From the IMG/VR virus record IMGVR_UViG_3300038393_000573, positions 1 through 64,000 of that record: a stretch of 64,000 nucleotides of DNA. One strand, given 5' to 3'. The stretch is from a virus. The position numbers and the translations under genes are program-made. Positions 23,782 to 31,361 of the stretch are shown here, piece after piece (within the stretch, counting starts at the first letter, position 1; every line of letters starts with the position of its first letter). Under the pieces are notes generated by a model. It had not been told where the DNA came from. It was given only the letters and a program-made list of their open reading frames with translations, and did not search any database.

Positions 23782-24432
23782 TCAAGCTTTCTTACGTTGT
23801 CGTTTCGGAGGTTCTTCCACTATCGAAGCTGCCATAGCAGCCTCTCGATAGGCTGTGCGAGCGGCATATCGCCTGTCGAATTCTTCCTTTCCCATCCAGA
23901 ACTCTTTGCCATTGAACATAGCAGCCAACTCTTCAGGGTTGAAAAAGCCGTCATACATCTGCGAAAGCAACGCCTTGGAAGCGCCTTGCACGTGTTGCAC
24001 ACGGTCTTCAACGTGGTTACCCTGTCCGAAGGCTCCGAACGTCACCTGATGGAACATGATGGTGACATGCGGGTTGATGTACACGTCATCCGCCATCATC
24101 AAAAGGAACGTTCCGGCGCTTGCCACGTCCGACACAGCGTGCACGAACACAGAGGCGTTCGTAGCGTCTATAGCAGCTAGCACAGGAAGCACGGCTTGCA
24201 AAGAACCGCCCGGAGTGGTAAGCTTGATTTCAACAACATCGTTGGGACCAGCTACGTCCAGCACTTCCACAAGGTCTTCGAATTGACGTGAATCAGCAAA
24301 CGGTTGGTTCACAAACGCTTTGTATGCCGTCGCAACCGGAGCGAACTTGATTTTGAAGGGCTTCGGGCCAGTGCCCTCGTCTTCATCGTCTTCATCGTCA
24401 TTACGACGAATAGGCCGTTTGTAATCGTACAT
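23782..24432 (-). CDS. ClpP-family serine protease homologue
   Basis: TTPGGS, VSDVASAGTFLL (Ser), IMFHQV (His) as in S14 peptidases; acidic N-terminal extension. Confidence 0.75.
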   Translation of the reverse strand: MYDYKRPIRRNDDEDDEDEGTGPKPFKIKFAPVATAYKAFVNQPFADSRQFEDLVEVLDVAGPNDVVEIKLTTPGGSLQAVLPVLAAIDATNASVFVHAVSDVASAGTFLLMMADDVYINPHVTIMFHQVTFGAFGQGNHVEDRVQHVQGASKALLSQMYDGFFNPEELAAMFNGKEFWMGKEEFDRRYAARTAYREAAMAASIVEEPPKRQRKKA

Positions 24433-24447
24433 TATTACTTCACTCCC

Positions 24448-25194
24448 TTAGTAGCCTGACTTATCGAAGGCTATAATCAACTCACGGCACAGGCGACTTC
24501 GCACGATGTGCTCGTGCTCGTCAAAATCAATAAGTGCCACACTTTCCTGCAGACGGTGGTTGTTCGCAACGATGTCGGCGAAGATGCGCAGTCCGCTGTC
24601 ACCAGCAAGGGCTGACTGGCGAATGTCCCCGCACAAGATCATCTTGCATCCACCGGAGCGGGTAGCAATGCTCTTGATTTCCTCGATTTCACAGTCCTGC
24701 ACTTCGTCTGCGATAACCCACGTATCTTTCCCGAAGCTCATGCCCTTGATCGTTTCAAGGGGTTGGAGAACGATGTTGCCTTCCATGATGGCGATGTCCA
24801 CCACAGCTTTGCCGAGGCGCTTGTAAAGCACCGACAGCATGGGCATGAGCCAATTCGTCATCTTCTCATTGGCATCACCAGAAAAGAATCCGAGGCTTTG
24901 GGAATTTGATACGGCGGGCCGGGCTAGCACAATGCGCTTGCACTCGTTCAACCGGAAGGCGTCAGCGGCCATGCAGGTTGCCACGAACGTCTTTGACGTG
25001 CCCGCGTACCCCGTGGCGATCACAAGGTCTTTGGTGCGAATGGCATTCATGTACTCCGCTTGGCGGTCGTTTAGGGGTGTGATGGCTTGGGCGGCTACCT
25101 GTTCGCGGCGAATGTCTTGAAACTTGTCTTTTATAGCCCGCTCTTGTTCTTGTCTTTGTTCTTTCCTACGGTTGTCCCGTGCCTTATGGCGCAT
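24448..25194 (-). CDS. phoH: PhoH-like ATPase
   Basis: Walker A GYAGTSKT, Walker B VIADEVQ, CGDIRQS motif typical of PhoH. Confidence 0.85.
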   Translation of the reverse strand: MRHKARDNRRKEQRQEQERAIKDKFQDIRREQVAAQAITPLNDRQAEYMNAIRTKDLVIATGYAGTSKTFVATCMAADAFRLNECKRIVLARPAVSNSQSLGFFSGDANEKMTNWLMPMLSVLYKRLGKAVVDIAIMEGNIVLQPLETIKGMSFGKDTWVIADEVQDCEIEEIKSIATRSGGCKMILCGDIRQSALAGDSGLRIFADIVANNHRLQESVALIDFDEHEHIVRSRLCRELIIAFDKSGY

Positions 25195-25288
25195 GAAGCA
25201 TCACCCCTTATGCTTTATTGGTTATATAGATGGCAAACCGCTTACCATCTTTCTAAACCATTGTACAGGATAACCATAGAAAGTCAAC

Positions 25289-25636
25289 CTAACTACGCTT
25301 GCTAGGTGGAATCATCGCATCGTTACTGCCTTCTGGGCGACTTTTATCACGCACATCTTTCGTCGTATTCAGCCAGTTTATGTACGCTTTAGCCCTCCGC
25401 GCCAAAAGAAGCTGATTCAGCGTATATCGCTCGGGTAACTCCCCTGTAACAGCCGCCGTAAGGCTAATGTCAAGCTCCTTACAGTGGTTGCCAAGTTCCC
25501 TAAGTGCATCCCGGCAAGCCACGAGCAAGTTGCGCACCATGAGCATGTTAAGTTCCTTGCCGTTATCGAGGTCCGCCAGAACTCGATCAATGCCCGCAAG
25601 GCCATTCGGCAGGTTTTCGGTGGGGTCAATCCCCAT
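25289..25636 (-). CDS. hypothetical protein
   Basis: Internal ATG (MGIDPTENL) of ORF 25289..25843, overlapping the upstream stop. Confidence 0.5.
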   Translation of the reverse strand: MGIDPTENLPNGLAGIDRVLADLDNGKELNMLMVRNLLVACRDALRELGNHCKELDISLTAAVTGELPERYTLNQLLLARRAKAYINWLNTTKDVRDKSRPEGSNDAMIPPSKRS

Positions 25637-25907
25637 TTGCCTGCCCCGTTTGCGCCCGCTTGGCAGCCTTGGCTTCTCGTGCAATGCGTAGAGTTTCCTC
25701 GCGGGACATCTTCGGTTCAGCACCCGGCACCCGGCTTGCCATTGCGGCCAACGTCTTGTCGTTGCGGACGATGTGCACTTCATAGGCGACGCCCCAGATG
25801 TCGGGCGGGTTGCTGGGGTCGATTTCCCAGCCGTGCTGCACATGGGCTTGGAATTGGCGGATGATGCCCGTGTAGTTGTGATCCACCAGCGTTTTTGCTT
25901 CGCTCAT
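25626..25907 (-). CDS. hypothetical protein
   Basis: ORF track; ATGA coupling upstream. Confidence 0.6.
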   Translation of the reverse strand: MSEAKTLVDHNYTGIIRQFQAHVQHGWEIDPSNPPDIWGVAYEVHIVRNDKTLAAMASRVPGAEPKMSREETLRIAREAKAAKRAQTGQANGD

Positions 25908-26002
25908 TCATTCTCTCCTTCTTTGGTTTCAAACCACTCTTGCAAGCGGTCATAATCGGGTTGGGGGTTGGTATCGTCCTCATCGTCGCGGTAGGGGCTC
26001 AT
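25904..26002 (-). CDS. 32-aa acidic peptide
   Basis: ATGA coupling at both ends. Confidence 0.4.
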   Translation of the reverse strand: MSPYRDDEDDTNPQPDYDRLQEWFETKEGENE

Positions 26003-26160
26003 GCTTTGCCTCCACGAATGACGGCTAGCACGGGTTCGTTGTAGCCTTCGCCGCTCTGAACAAGGAACTCCTTGACTTCCAAAATGCCCTCAAAGTGGTC
26101 TGACGTTGCCACTTCAGCCTGTGACAGAGTGCCTCTGCTGTTTCTCCAGTATACGTTCAA
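25999..26160 (-). CDS. hypothetical protein (53 aa, TTG start)
   Basis: AAGGAG 7 nt upstream of TTG; first gene of the minus operon. Confidence 0.45.
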   Translation of the reverse strand: MNVYWRNSRGTLSQAEVATSDHFEGILEVKEFLVQSGEGYNEPVLAVIRGGKA

Positions 26161-26188
26161 TTGCTTAGCTCCTTTCTAGCTACCTATG

Positions 26189-26217
26189 ATTGTAGTCGGA
26201 GTAGTCCTACAAGTCAA
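26189..26217 (-). promoter_or_regulatory. promoter TTGACT-N17-TACAAT for the 26.2-to-18.7 kb minus operon
   Basis: Read on the reverse complement. Confidence 0.65.
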
Positions 26218-26274
26218 GCAACGAACCATATGTTGTATGAAAACAACATAATACCCCTACACCGACGAACGGCC

Positions 26275-26302
26275 TTGACACGATTTTTCAGCCCTGTATA
26301 AT
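26275..26302 (+). promoter_or_regulatory. consensus sigma70 promoter TTGACA-N16-TATAAT
   Basis: Read directly; divergent from the minus promoter; ATGTTGT-N6-ACAACAT dyad at 26229-26248 lies between them. Confidence 0.7.
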
Positions 26303-26436
26303 GACGTTTCAGCACCGCACAACTAAGCCCCTGCTTAAGCATCTGCTGCAGCCGTATGCTTCAGCGTACAACTAAGCCCACCATTACTTCTAACCTAGCT
26401 TCTAACAAGAAGCTTACTGAAACATCTGCTTCAGCC

Positions 26437-26526
26437 TGCTTAAGCATACGCTACAGCAGTTCTCTGGATTGTCAGTTTGGTTAGTAAATAGTGGCCTAGC
26501 CCTGCTGTAGCGTATGCTTAAGCATA
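26437..26526. repeat. 23-bp perfect inverted repeat with 44-nt spacer
   Basis: TGCTTAAGCATACGCTACAGCAG at 26437-26459 and its reverse complement at 26504-26526. Confidence 0.85.
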
Positions 26527-26555
26527 GCAAACAACCTAGGAATCAAGCTTACCGC

Positions 26556-26583
26556 TTGACAACTGTTGTTTATGTGCTACACT
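26556..26583 (+). promoter_or_regulatory. promoter TTGACA-N16-TACACT
   Basis: Read directly; 33 nt upstream of the GTG at 26617. Confidence 0.6.
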
Positions 26584-26616
26584 AGAGACTTTAACTGTGC
26601 AAGTAAGGAGGTTAGA

Positions 26617-26994
26617 GTGAGTCAAACAGAAGTTACCGTGCCGAACGCAGACAGCACTACCACAGCCGTGATTACGTTCCTGAAGGACGAGCATGAACTG
26701 ACAAAGCTGGCAAAGGCATTGGACAAGGCATCGAAGAAGGCAGTTGACTTCCTGACTTCCGTGCTAGAAGACGAGAAGGCGGATAGCCTGCGGCGTCAGC
26801 AAGCGGCAGAGAGAATTCTGACCTTTGTGCTGGCTGCAAACAAGCAAATCAACGATGACAACATGGCACGGCTGATAGCCCAAGCGAAGCTGGGTGGGGC
26901 AAAGGGTCAACCCATCCCCTTAGGCGAAGGCGGCAAGCCCACGAACACCTTGCCGGGGCCGAAGCTGGACTTCGACAACGTGCGTCAAGTCTAA
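26617..26994 (+). CDS. hypothetical protein (first late gene)
   Basis: AAGGAGG SD 5 nt before GTG; frame of ORF 26566..26994. Confidence 0.6.
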   Translation: MSQTEVTVPNADSTTTAVITFLKDEHELTKLAKALDKASKKAVDFLTSVLEDEKADSLRRQQAAERILTFVLAANKQINDDNMARLIAQAKLGGAKGQPIPLGEGGKPTNTLPGPKLDFDNVRQV

Positions 26995-27013
26995 AAAGAC
27001 AAAAGGAAGAAAG

Positions 27014-27364
27014 ATGGTAGCAGCCGTCAACATCACAATCAACCAAGGAGAGACATTCCGGCAGTCTTTGGTTTGGAAGGCGGGAAACCCGCTAAGCCCG
27101 GTAGACTTGACAGGTTGCGCAGCCAGAATGCAAGTCAGAAGCACGGCTAGCTCCAACACGGTGCTGGCTTCCCTTACGACTGAAGATGGCAGCATCACCC
27201 TTGGCGGTGCTGATGGCACCATTTCTCTTGTCTTAGACGACGTGACAACCAGTGGGTTTACTTGGGAGTACGGGGTGTATGATCTTGAAATCGTGATGTC
27301 AGGTGGGGATGTTGTTCGTCTCATCGCCGGAAGCGTGTTAGTAACGAAGGAAGTGACGCGATGA
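27014..27364 (+). CDS. small beta-rich protein upstream of the tail fibre
   Basis: AAGGAAGAAAG SD; ATGA-coupled to the fibre gene. Confidence 0.6.
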   Translation: MVAAVNITINQGETFRQSLVWKAGNPLSPVDLTGCAARMQVRSTASSNTVLASLTTEDGSITLGGADGTISLVLDDVTTSGFTWEYGVYDLEIVMSGGDVVRLIAGSVLVTKEVTR

Positions 27365-28653
27365 CTGATACTACACTCGTGGTGCGGGAAGTTCAACCTG
27401 CGGTCATTGAAGTGGCTAGCCCCGGCCCGCAGGGCGTTGCCAAGAGTGCATATGACGTTGCTGTCGATAATGGTTTTGTGGGCACTGAGCAAGAATGGCT
27501 GGATTCTCTCGGGGGTGCCACGTGGGACACGTTGCAGGGTAAGCCCGCTACGTTTCCTCCTAGCGCCCACACGCACCAGATTGCGGACGTTACTGGGTTA
27601 CAAGCCGAACTCGATGGAAAGGAAGCTGCAGGGACAGCCGCTGCCGCTGTTGCGGGGCTCACCAAGGCCAGTGTGGGGCTTGGTAGTGTAGACAACACGA
27701 GTGACGCAGAGAAGCCCATTTCCACAGCTCAGCAGGCTGCCCTCGATGGCAAAGATGCAGTGGGAGCAGCTACAGCCGCCGTAGCTGCTCATGAAGCAGC
27801 CCTTGACCCACACCCGCAGTACACAACAGCGTCCGAGGCTGCTTCTGCGGCTCCCGTGCAATCCGTAGCTGGGAAGACTGGCGCAGTGACGCTCGGCAAG
27901 GTTGATGTGGGCCTTGGAAACGTTGATAACACCAGTGATGCCAGCAAGCCAGTTTCGACGGCTCAACAAGCCGCATTGAATGCCAAGCAAGATACGCTGG
28001 TGTCTGGAACGAACATTAAGACCGTCAATGGGAATTCCGTTCTCGGTGCTGGTAACATCGCTGTCGCTGCCACACCGGCTGGTGCTACCACGCAAGTCCA
28101 GTACAACAAGGCTGGTGCATTCTTCGCTGATGCAGCACTCAGCTTTGACGATACAACTGGCAAGTTGTATTCCGCACAGTTTGTTGCTAATGATAGCTCA
28201 TCAGCGCCGGGTTTCAGATTTTTTGGCAGCAACTCCGGTTTGCGCTATAACGCTGCGTCGGACTCTGGGCGAATTTTCGTATACGTCAACGGCTCCGACC
28301 GCTTCGCGTTTGGAACGTCCGGGCCTATTTTAGCGGGCAGCACAGGGCACGGCCTCAAGTGGACGGACGGTGCACAAACGTCGCTGACGCTCACCGCAGG
28401 ACTGTCGTGGAGTGCCTCTAATGTGCTTGAAGTCAACAATGGTTCTGCAGGATCGTTCGCGGATTTGAAACTTCGCAACCTGAAGCCGCAAGTCTTTACG
28501 GTGGCTACACTACCTAGTGCTTCCACGGCTGGTAACGGCGCACGTTCCCACGTTTCTGACGCATCCGCACCAACATTCGGCGCAACTGTGTCCGGTGGTG
28601 GCACCGTATCAACCCCCGTCTACTCTGACGGGACAAACTGGAAAGTAGGCTAA
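27361..28653 (+). CDS. tail fibre protein
   Basis: Two copies of the fibre repeat GLG(S/N)VDNTSDxxKPxSTAQQAAL; Gly/Ala/Thr-rich. Confidence 0.75.
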   Translation: MTDTTLVVREVQPAVIEVASPGPQGVAKSAYDVAVDNGFVGTEQEWLDSLGGATWDTLQGKPATFPPSAHTHQIADVTGLQAELDGKEAAGTAAAAVAGLTKASVGLGSVDNTSDAEKPISTAQQAALDGKDAVGAATAAVAAHEAALDPHPQYTTASEAASAAPVQSVAGKTGAVTLGKVDVGLGNVDNTSDASKPVSTAQQAALNAKQDTLVSGTNIKTVNGNSVLGAGNIAVAATPAGATTQVQYNKAGAFFADAALSFDDTTGKLYSAQFVANDSSSAPGFRFFGSNSGLRYNAASDSGRIFVYVNGSDRFAFGTSGPILAGSTGHGLKWTDGAQTSLTLTAGLSWSASNVLEVNNGSAGSFADLKLRNLKPQVFTVATLPSASTAGNGARSHVSDASAPTFGATVSGGGTVSTPVYSDGTNWKVG

Positions 28654-28657
28654 TCAT

Positions 28658-29251
28658 ATGGCACTGACACAAACCAAAACACTGAACGAGTTTTTCGTCC
28701 GATTAACCGATGATGGCACAAACGTCCAAGGCGTTCATGTCTCGGAACGTGAAGCAATTCAAAGTGATGGCGTGGAAATCTCTAGCCGCATTCTCTCCCC
28801 TCGCGGAGTCAGTGTGCAGGACGCTACAGCCCTCGGGGACATTGGCAACGCCATCAATCTCGCAGCCCTCGCAAGCCTGAGTGACAAGGACGCTCAGATT
28901 GCGCAACTGCAAGCAGACCTTAATACTGCCAATGGTGCCTTGACCAGTGCACAGACTGAGATTCAGGCACTTAGAGACAAATACGAAGTGCCCGCGACGG
29001 TGAATGGTGTGCCTCAGCGTGTCACTATGCGGCAAGCCCAACTCGCCCTCTTGGCGGCTGGCAAGCTGGATGCCGTGGACGCAGCTATCGCAGCTATCCC
29101 GGACGTGACGCAACGCATGTCGGCCCAAATTACGTGGGAGAAGTCTTCGGCTGTGGAGCGTAGCAATCCTCTCATTGCCATGCTCGCAGGACCACTCGGA
29201 CTGGATGATGCAACACTCGATGCGTTGTTCATTGCGGCAGATAAGCTGTAA
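28658..29251 (+). CDS. fibre-associated coiled-coil protein
   Basis: Position; heptad-like QIAQLQADLNTANGALTSAQTEIQALR. Confidence 0.5.
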   Translation: MALTQTKTLNEFFVRLTDDGTNVQGVHVSEREAIQSDGVEISSRILSPRGVSVQDATALGDIGNAINLAALASLSDKDAQIAQLQADLNTANGALTSAQTEIQALRDKYEVPATVNGVPQRVTMRQAQLALLAAGKLDAVDAAIAAIPDVTQRMSAQITWEKSSAVERSNPLIAMLAGPLGLDDATLDALFIAADKL

Positions 29252-29256
29252 AACAG

Positions 29257-29284
29257 TTGACAAGCTGCGTAAAACCTGTACAAT
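29257..29284 (+). promoter_or_regulatory. promoter TTGACA-N16-TACAAT in front of the tRNA array
   Basis: Read directly. Confidence 0.65.
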
Positions 29285-29305
29285 ACGAAGTATGGAAACA
29301 ACGCA

Positions 29306-29381
29306 GGGCTTGTAGCTCAAATGGGAGAGCAACTGCTTTGCATGCAGAAGGTTGCAGGTTCAAGTCCTGTCAGGTCCACCA
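29306..29381 (+). tRNA. tRNA-Ala (anticodon TGC)
   Basis: Acceptor GGGCTTG/CAGGTCC with G3:U70; D arm GCTC-AAATGGGA-GAGC; loop TTTGCAT; T arm GCAGG-TTCAAGT-CCTGT; encoded CCA. Confidence 0.85.
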
Positions 29382-29573
29382 GAGTTTAAGTTAGACGTAT
29401 ACCGCGCGTGGAACGTCCGAGGTAGTGCGAGGCTTCCCCATATTCATCGCTCTGGCACGGAGCTTGGCGGACGTAAGAGCCGTAGTGCGAAACGACGCTG
29501 GGGTCGCGCCCCGGTAAGGTAGATGGCACCTTGTCCAAGGCCGTCCTATCGAGTGAAAGGCTCGTACAAACAT

Positions 29574-29650
29574 AGCAGGCTAGCTCAGCGGTTAGAGCAG
29601 CGCCCTCATAAGGCGAAGGTGCTTGGTTCGACTCCAAGGCGTTGCTACCA
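29574..29650 (+). tRNA. tRNA-Met/Ile2-like (anticodon CAT), acceptor stem with 1-nt bulge
   Basis: D arm GCTC-AGCGGTTA-GAGC; loop CTCATAA; T arm CTTGG-TTCGACT-CCAAG; 3' acceptor strand is 8 nt (GCGTTGCT). Confidence 0.6.
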
Positions 29651-29654
29651 TTTG

Positions 29655-29731
29655 CCGTCTATAGCTCAGCCCGGCAGAGCTACTGGTTAGGGGCCAGAGG
29701 GTCGCATGTTCGAATCGTGCTAGACGGACCA
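29655..29731 (+). tRNA. tRNA-Pro-like (apparent anticodon AGG)
   Basis: Acceptor CCGTCTA/TAGACGG with C1:G72 and A73; loop TTAGGGG; T arm GCATG-TTCGAAT-CGTGC; CCA. Confidence 0.65.
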
Positions 29732-29837
29732 GAATCTAAGCGGAAGCTATGGGCTTAAATCTAACAGCCCTGCGGTAGCCTGCTACCAAGAGTCATAAAC
29801 AGGTCGCACGGCCCCGCGTCACAGGGGCCAAGAATAC

Positions 29838-29914
29838 AGGCGGGTACACTTAACTGATAAAGGGCCGGGCTCCAAATCCGTGCGTTGTGAGTTTGAATCC
29901 CACCCCGTTTGCCA
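29838..29914 (+). tRNA. tRNA-Trp-like (anticodon CCA), irregular D arm
   Basis: Acceptor AGGCGGG/CCCGTTT (two G:U pairs); loop CTCCAAA; T arm GTGAG-TTTGAAT-CCCAC; D stem pairs only with a bulge. Confidence 0.45.
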
Positions 29915-29994
29915 AGGCGCTAGTACACACGTAAGTCCGTCAGGGAAAATAGCTTCGTGTCGTGAGTATCGAGGGCACGTAAACACCTTGTCAT

Positions 29995-30070
29995 GCACCT
30001 ATCGTCTAACGGTTAGGACAATCGCCTTTCGAGCGGTCAATCATGGGTTCGACTCCCTGTAGGTGTACCA
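29995..30070 (+). tRNA. tRNA-Glu (anticodon TTC), T stem with 1-nt bulge
   Basis: GCACCTA-TC-GTCT-AACGGTTA-GGAC; stem ATCGC/GCGGT; loop CTTTCGA; CA(T)GGG-TTCGACT-CCCTG; CCA. Confidence 0.65.
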
Positions 30071-30129
30071 GAACATCCCTGCTAGCTTCCGGCTGGCAGA
30101 CGCGGCAACTTCGGTTGCTTGCCTTATTT

Positions 30130-30204
30130 TCCCTAGTAGCTCAGAGGCAGAGCGAGCGGATGTTAACCGCTAGGTCCGTGGTTCGATACCATGCTGGGGA
30201 GCCA
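30130..30204 (+). tRNA. tRNA-Asn (anticodon GTT)
   Basis: Canonical cloverleaf: TCCCTAG/CTGGGGA, AGCGG-ATGTTAA-CCGCT, CGTGG-TTCGATA-CCATG, G73, CCA. Confidence 0.85.
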
Positions 30205-30205
30205 C

Positions 30206-30281
30206 GCCGTAGTAGCTCAGTTGGCAGAGCAACTGATTTGTAATCAGTGGGTCAAGGGTTCGATTCCTTTCTGCGGCACCA
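30206..30281 (+). tRNA. tRNA-Thr (anticodon TGT)
   Basis: Canonical cloverleaf: GCCGTAG/CTGCGGC, ACTGA-TTTGTAA-TCAGT, AAGGG-TTCGATT-CCTTT, CCA. Confidence 0.85.
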
Positions 30282-30296
30282 AAAGAAAGAAAGTAG

Positions 30297-30683
30297 ATGT
30301 CGGGTTGCCGTACTTGCGGCGAACCAACGTCGCTATCGAGAAACAGCTATTGCAGCATATCGTGTCAGCACGAGTTCTCTTTTCGCAAGAAGTATGAGAA
30401 GTTCTTAGCTGGTGAGACAACGCTTACAGACCCGCGTTCTGCCAAGAAGGCAGTTATCCGGCGTGACGGCTACAAGTGTTCGTGCTGCGGCTTGTCAGAG
30501 TGGTGCGAAAAACCACTGACATTGGAATTAGAACACAAGGACGGTAACTCGTCCAACAATCAGCCTTCCAACCTTTGCTTGTGTCCAAACTGCCACAGTC
30601 AAACGCCAACATACAAAGCGAAGAACAAGGGGAACGGAAGACACTCTCGCCGTCAACGATACGCAGACGGTAAGAGCTACTGA
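30297..30683 (+). CDS. HNH endonuclease
   Basis: CxxC pairs and LELEHKDGNSSNNQPSNLCLCPNCH (H-N-H core); sits upstream of terL as in cos-type HNH-terminase pairs. Confidence 0.85.
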   Translation: MSGCRTCGEPTSLSRNSYCSISCQHEFSFRKKYEKFLAGETTLTDPRSAKKAVIRRDGYKCSCCGLSEWCEKPLTLELEHKDGNSSNNQPSNLCLCPNCHSQTPTYKAKNKGNGRHSRRQRYADGKSY

Positions 30684-31361
30684 GTGAGTCGGCCTGATGT
30701 CGCCTACAGCGATCAACCTCGTAGGGCTTCAGGTACATGCGTATGCATTGAGAAGCGTGGGTGAACCATGCCTGCCCTGCCTTTCCTCCTTTCAGGGGCT
30801 ACGACAAACCACAAGCAATTTTCGCTTCTAGGGCATAGCCCGCGACACAGCCCTTACACATTTGGCTGTGGGCGAAAACTATCACCTACCTTGGGGACGT
30901 TAAAAACGAGTACCGCTGTGAAGCGAGAAAATACCTCTGCGACGAAACAGCAGACCCGCATGGATGGTAAGCGGGACGAACATAAAGAGTATCCCGTCAA
31001 ACCTGTCTCGGTCTGAAATGACAGGGCTCTCCACTGTGGGGAGTGCGACATCACGGATTTACGTGTGAAGGTCTAGGACGCTAGGCTGTAGGGAATTCTC
31101 GCTGGCGATAACCCAGCACTAATTCGATTCTCGTGGGATGGGAAGAACAGGAGCGCGTCCTGTCTAAACAAACGGCACACGCGGCCCGTATGCGTGCAGA
31201 AACAACAGCGGGGACTAATTGTGGAGAGGGCTGGTAGCAATGACCAGCCAACACCCCGGAGCATGTTTGTAGCGTGGCACGGGGTCGCAAAAGCTCAATG
31301 CCTAAGCCTTCAGTGGAGGCTTGGGCTTTTGTCGTTGGAAGAAACAAAACAGGAGGGCAAC

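Noticed and set aside
16888-26526. Palindrome TATGCTTAAGCATA at both borders (16889-16902 and 26513-26526) of the minus-strand block that contains the serine recombinase. This prompted the idea of a 9.6-kb invertible segment.
   Set aside because: Exact 14-mer matches are expected several times by chance in 64 kb. The flanks share no further similarity, and GCTTAAGC also occurs at 23737. Inversion of a block that contains essential operons seems implausible without read evidence.
30768-31016. 82-aa ORF as a possible small terminase
   Set aside because: It has no SD, a Ser/Pro/Thr/Lys-rich low-complexity sequence, and no helix-turn-helix or oligomerisation pattern. The region is treated as non-coding instead.
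31194-31361. Upstream extension of the terL ORF (start at 31194)
   Set aside because: It has no SD at 31194 and the extension has odd composition. A strong AGGAGGG SD precedes the ATG at 31362, which leaves a normal 33 aa before the Walker A motif.
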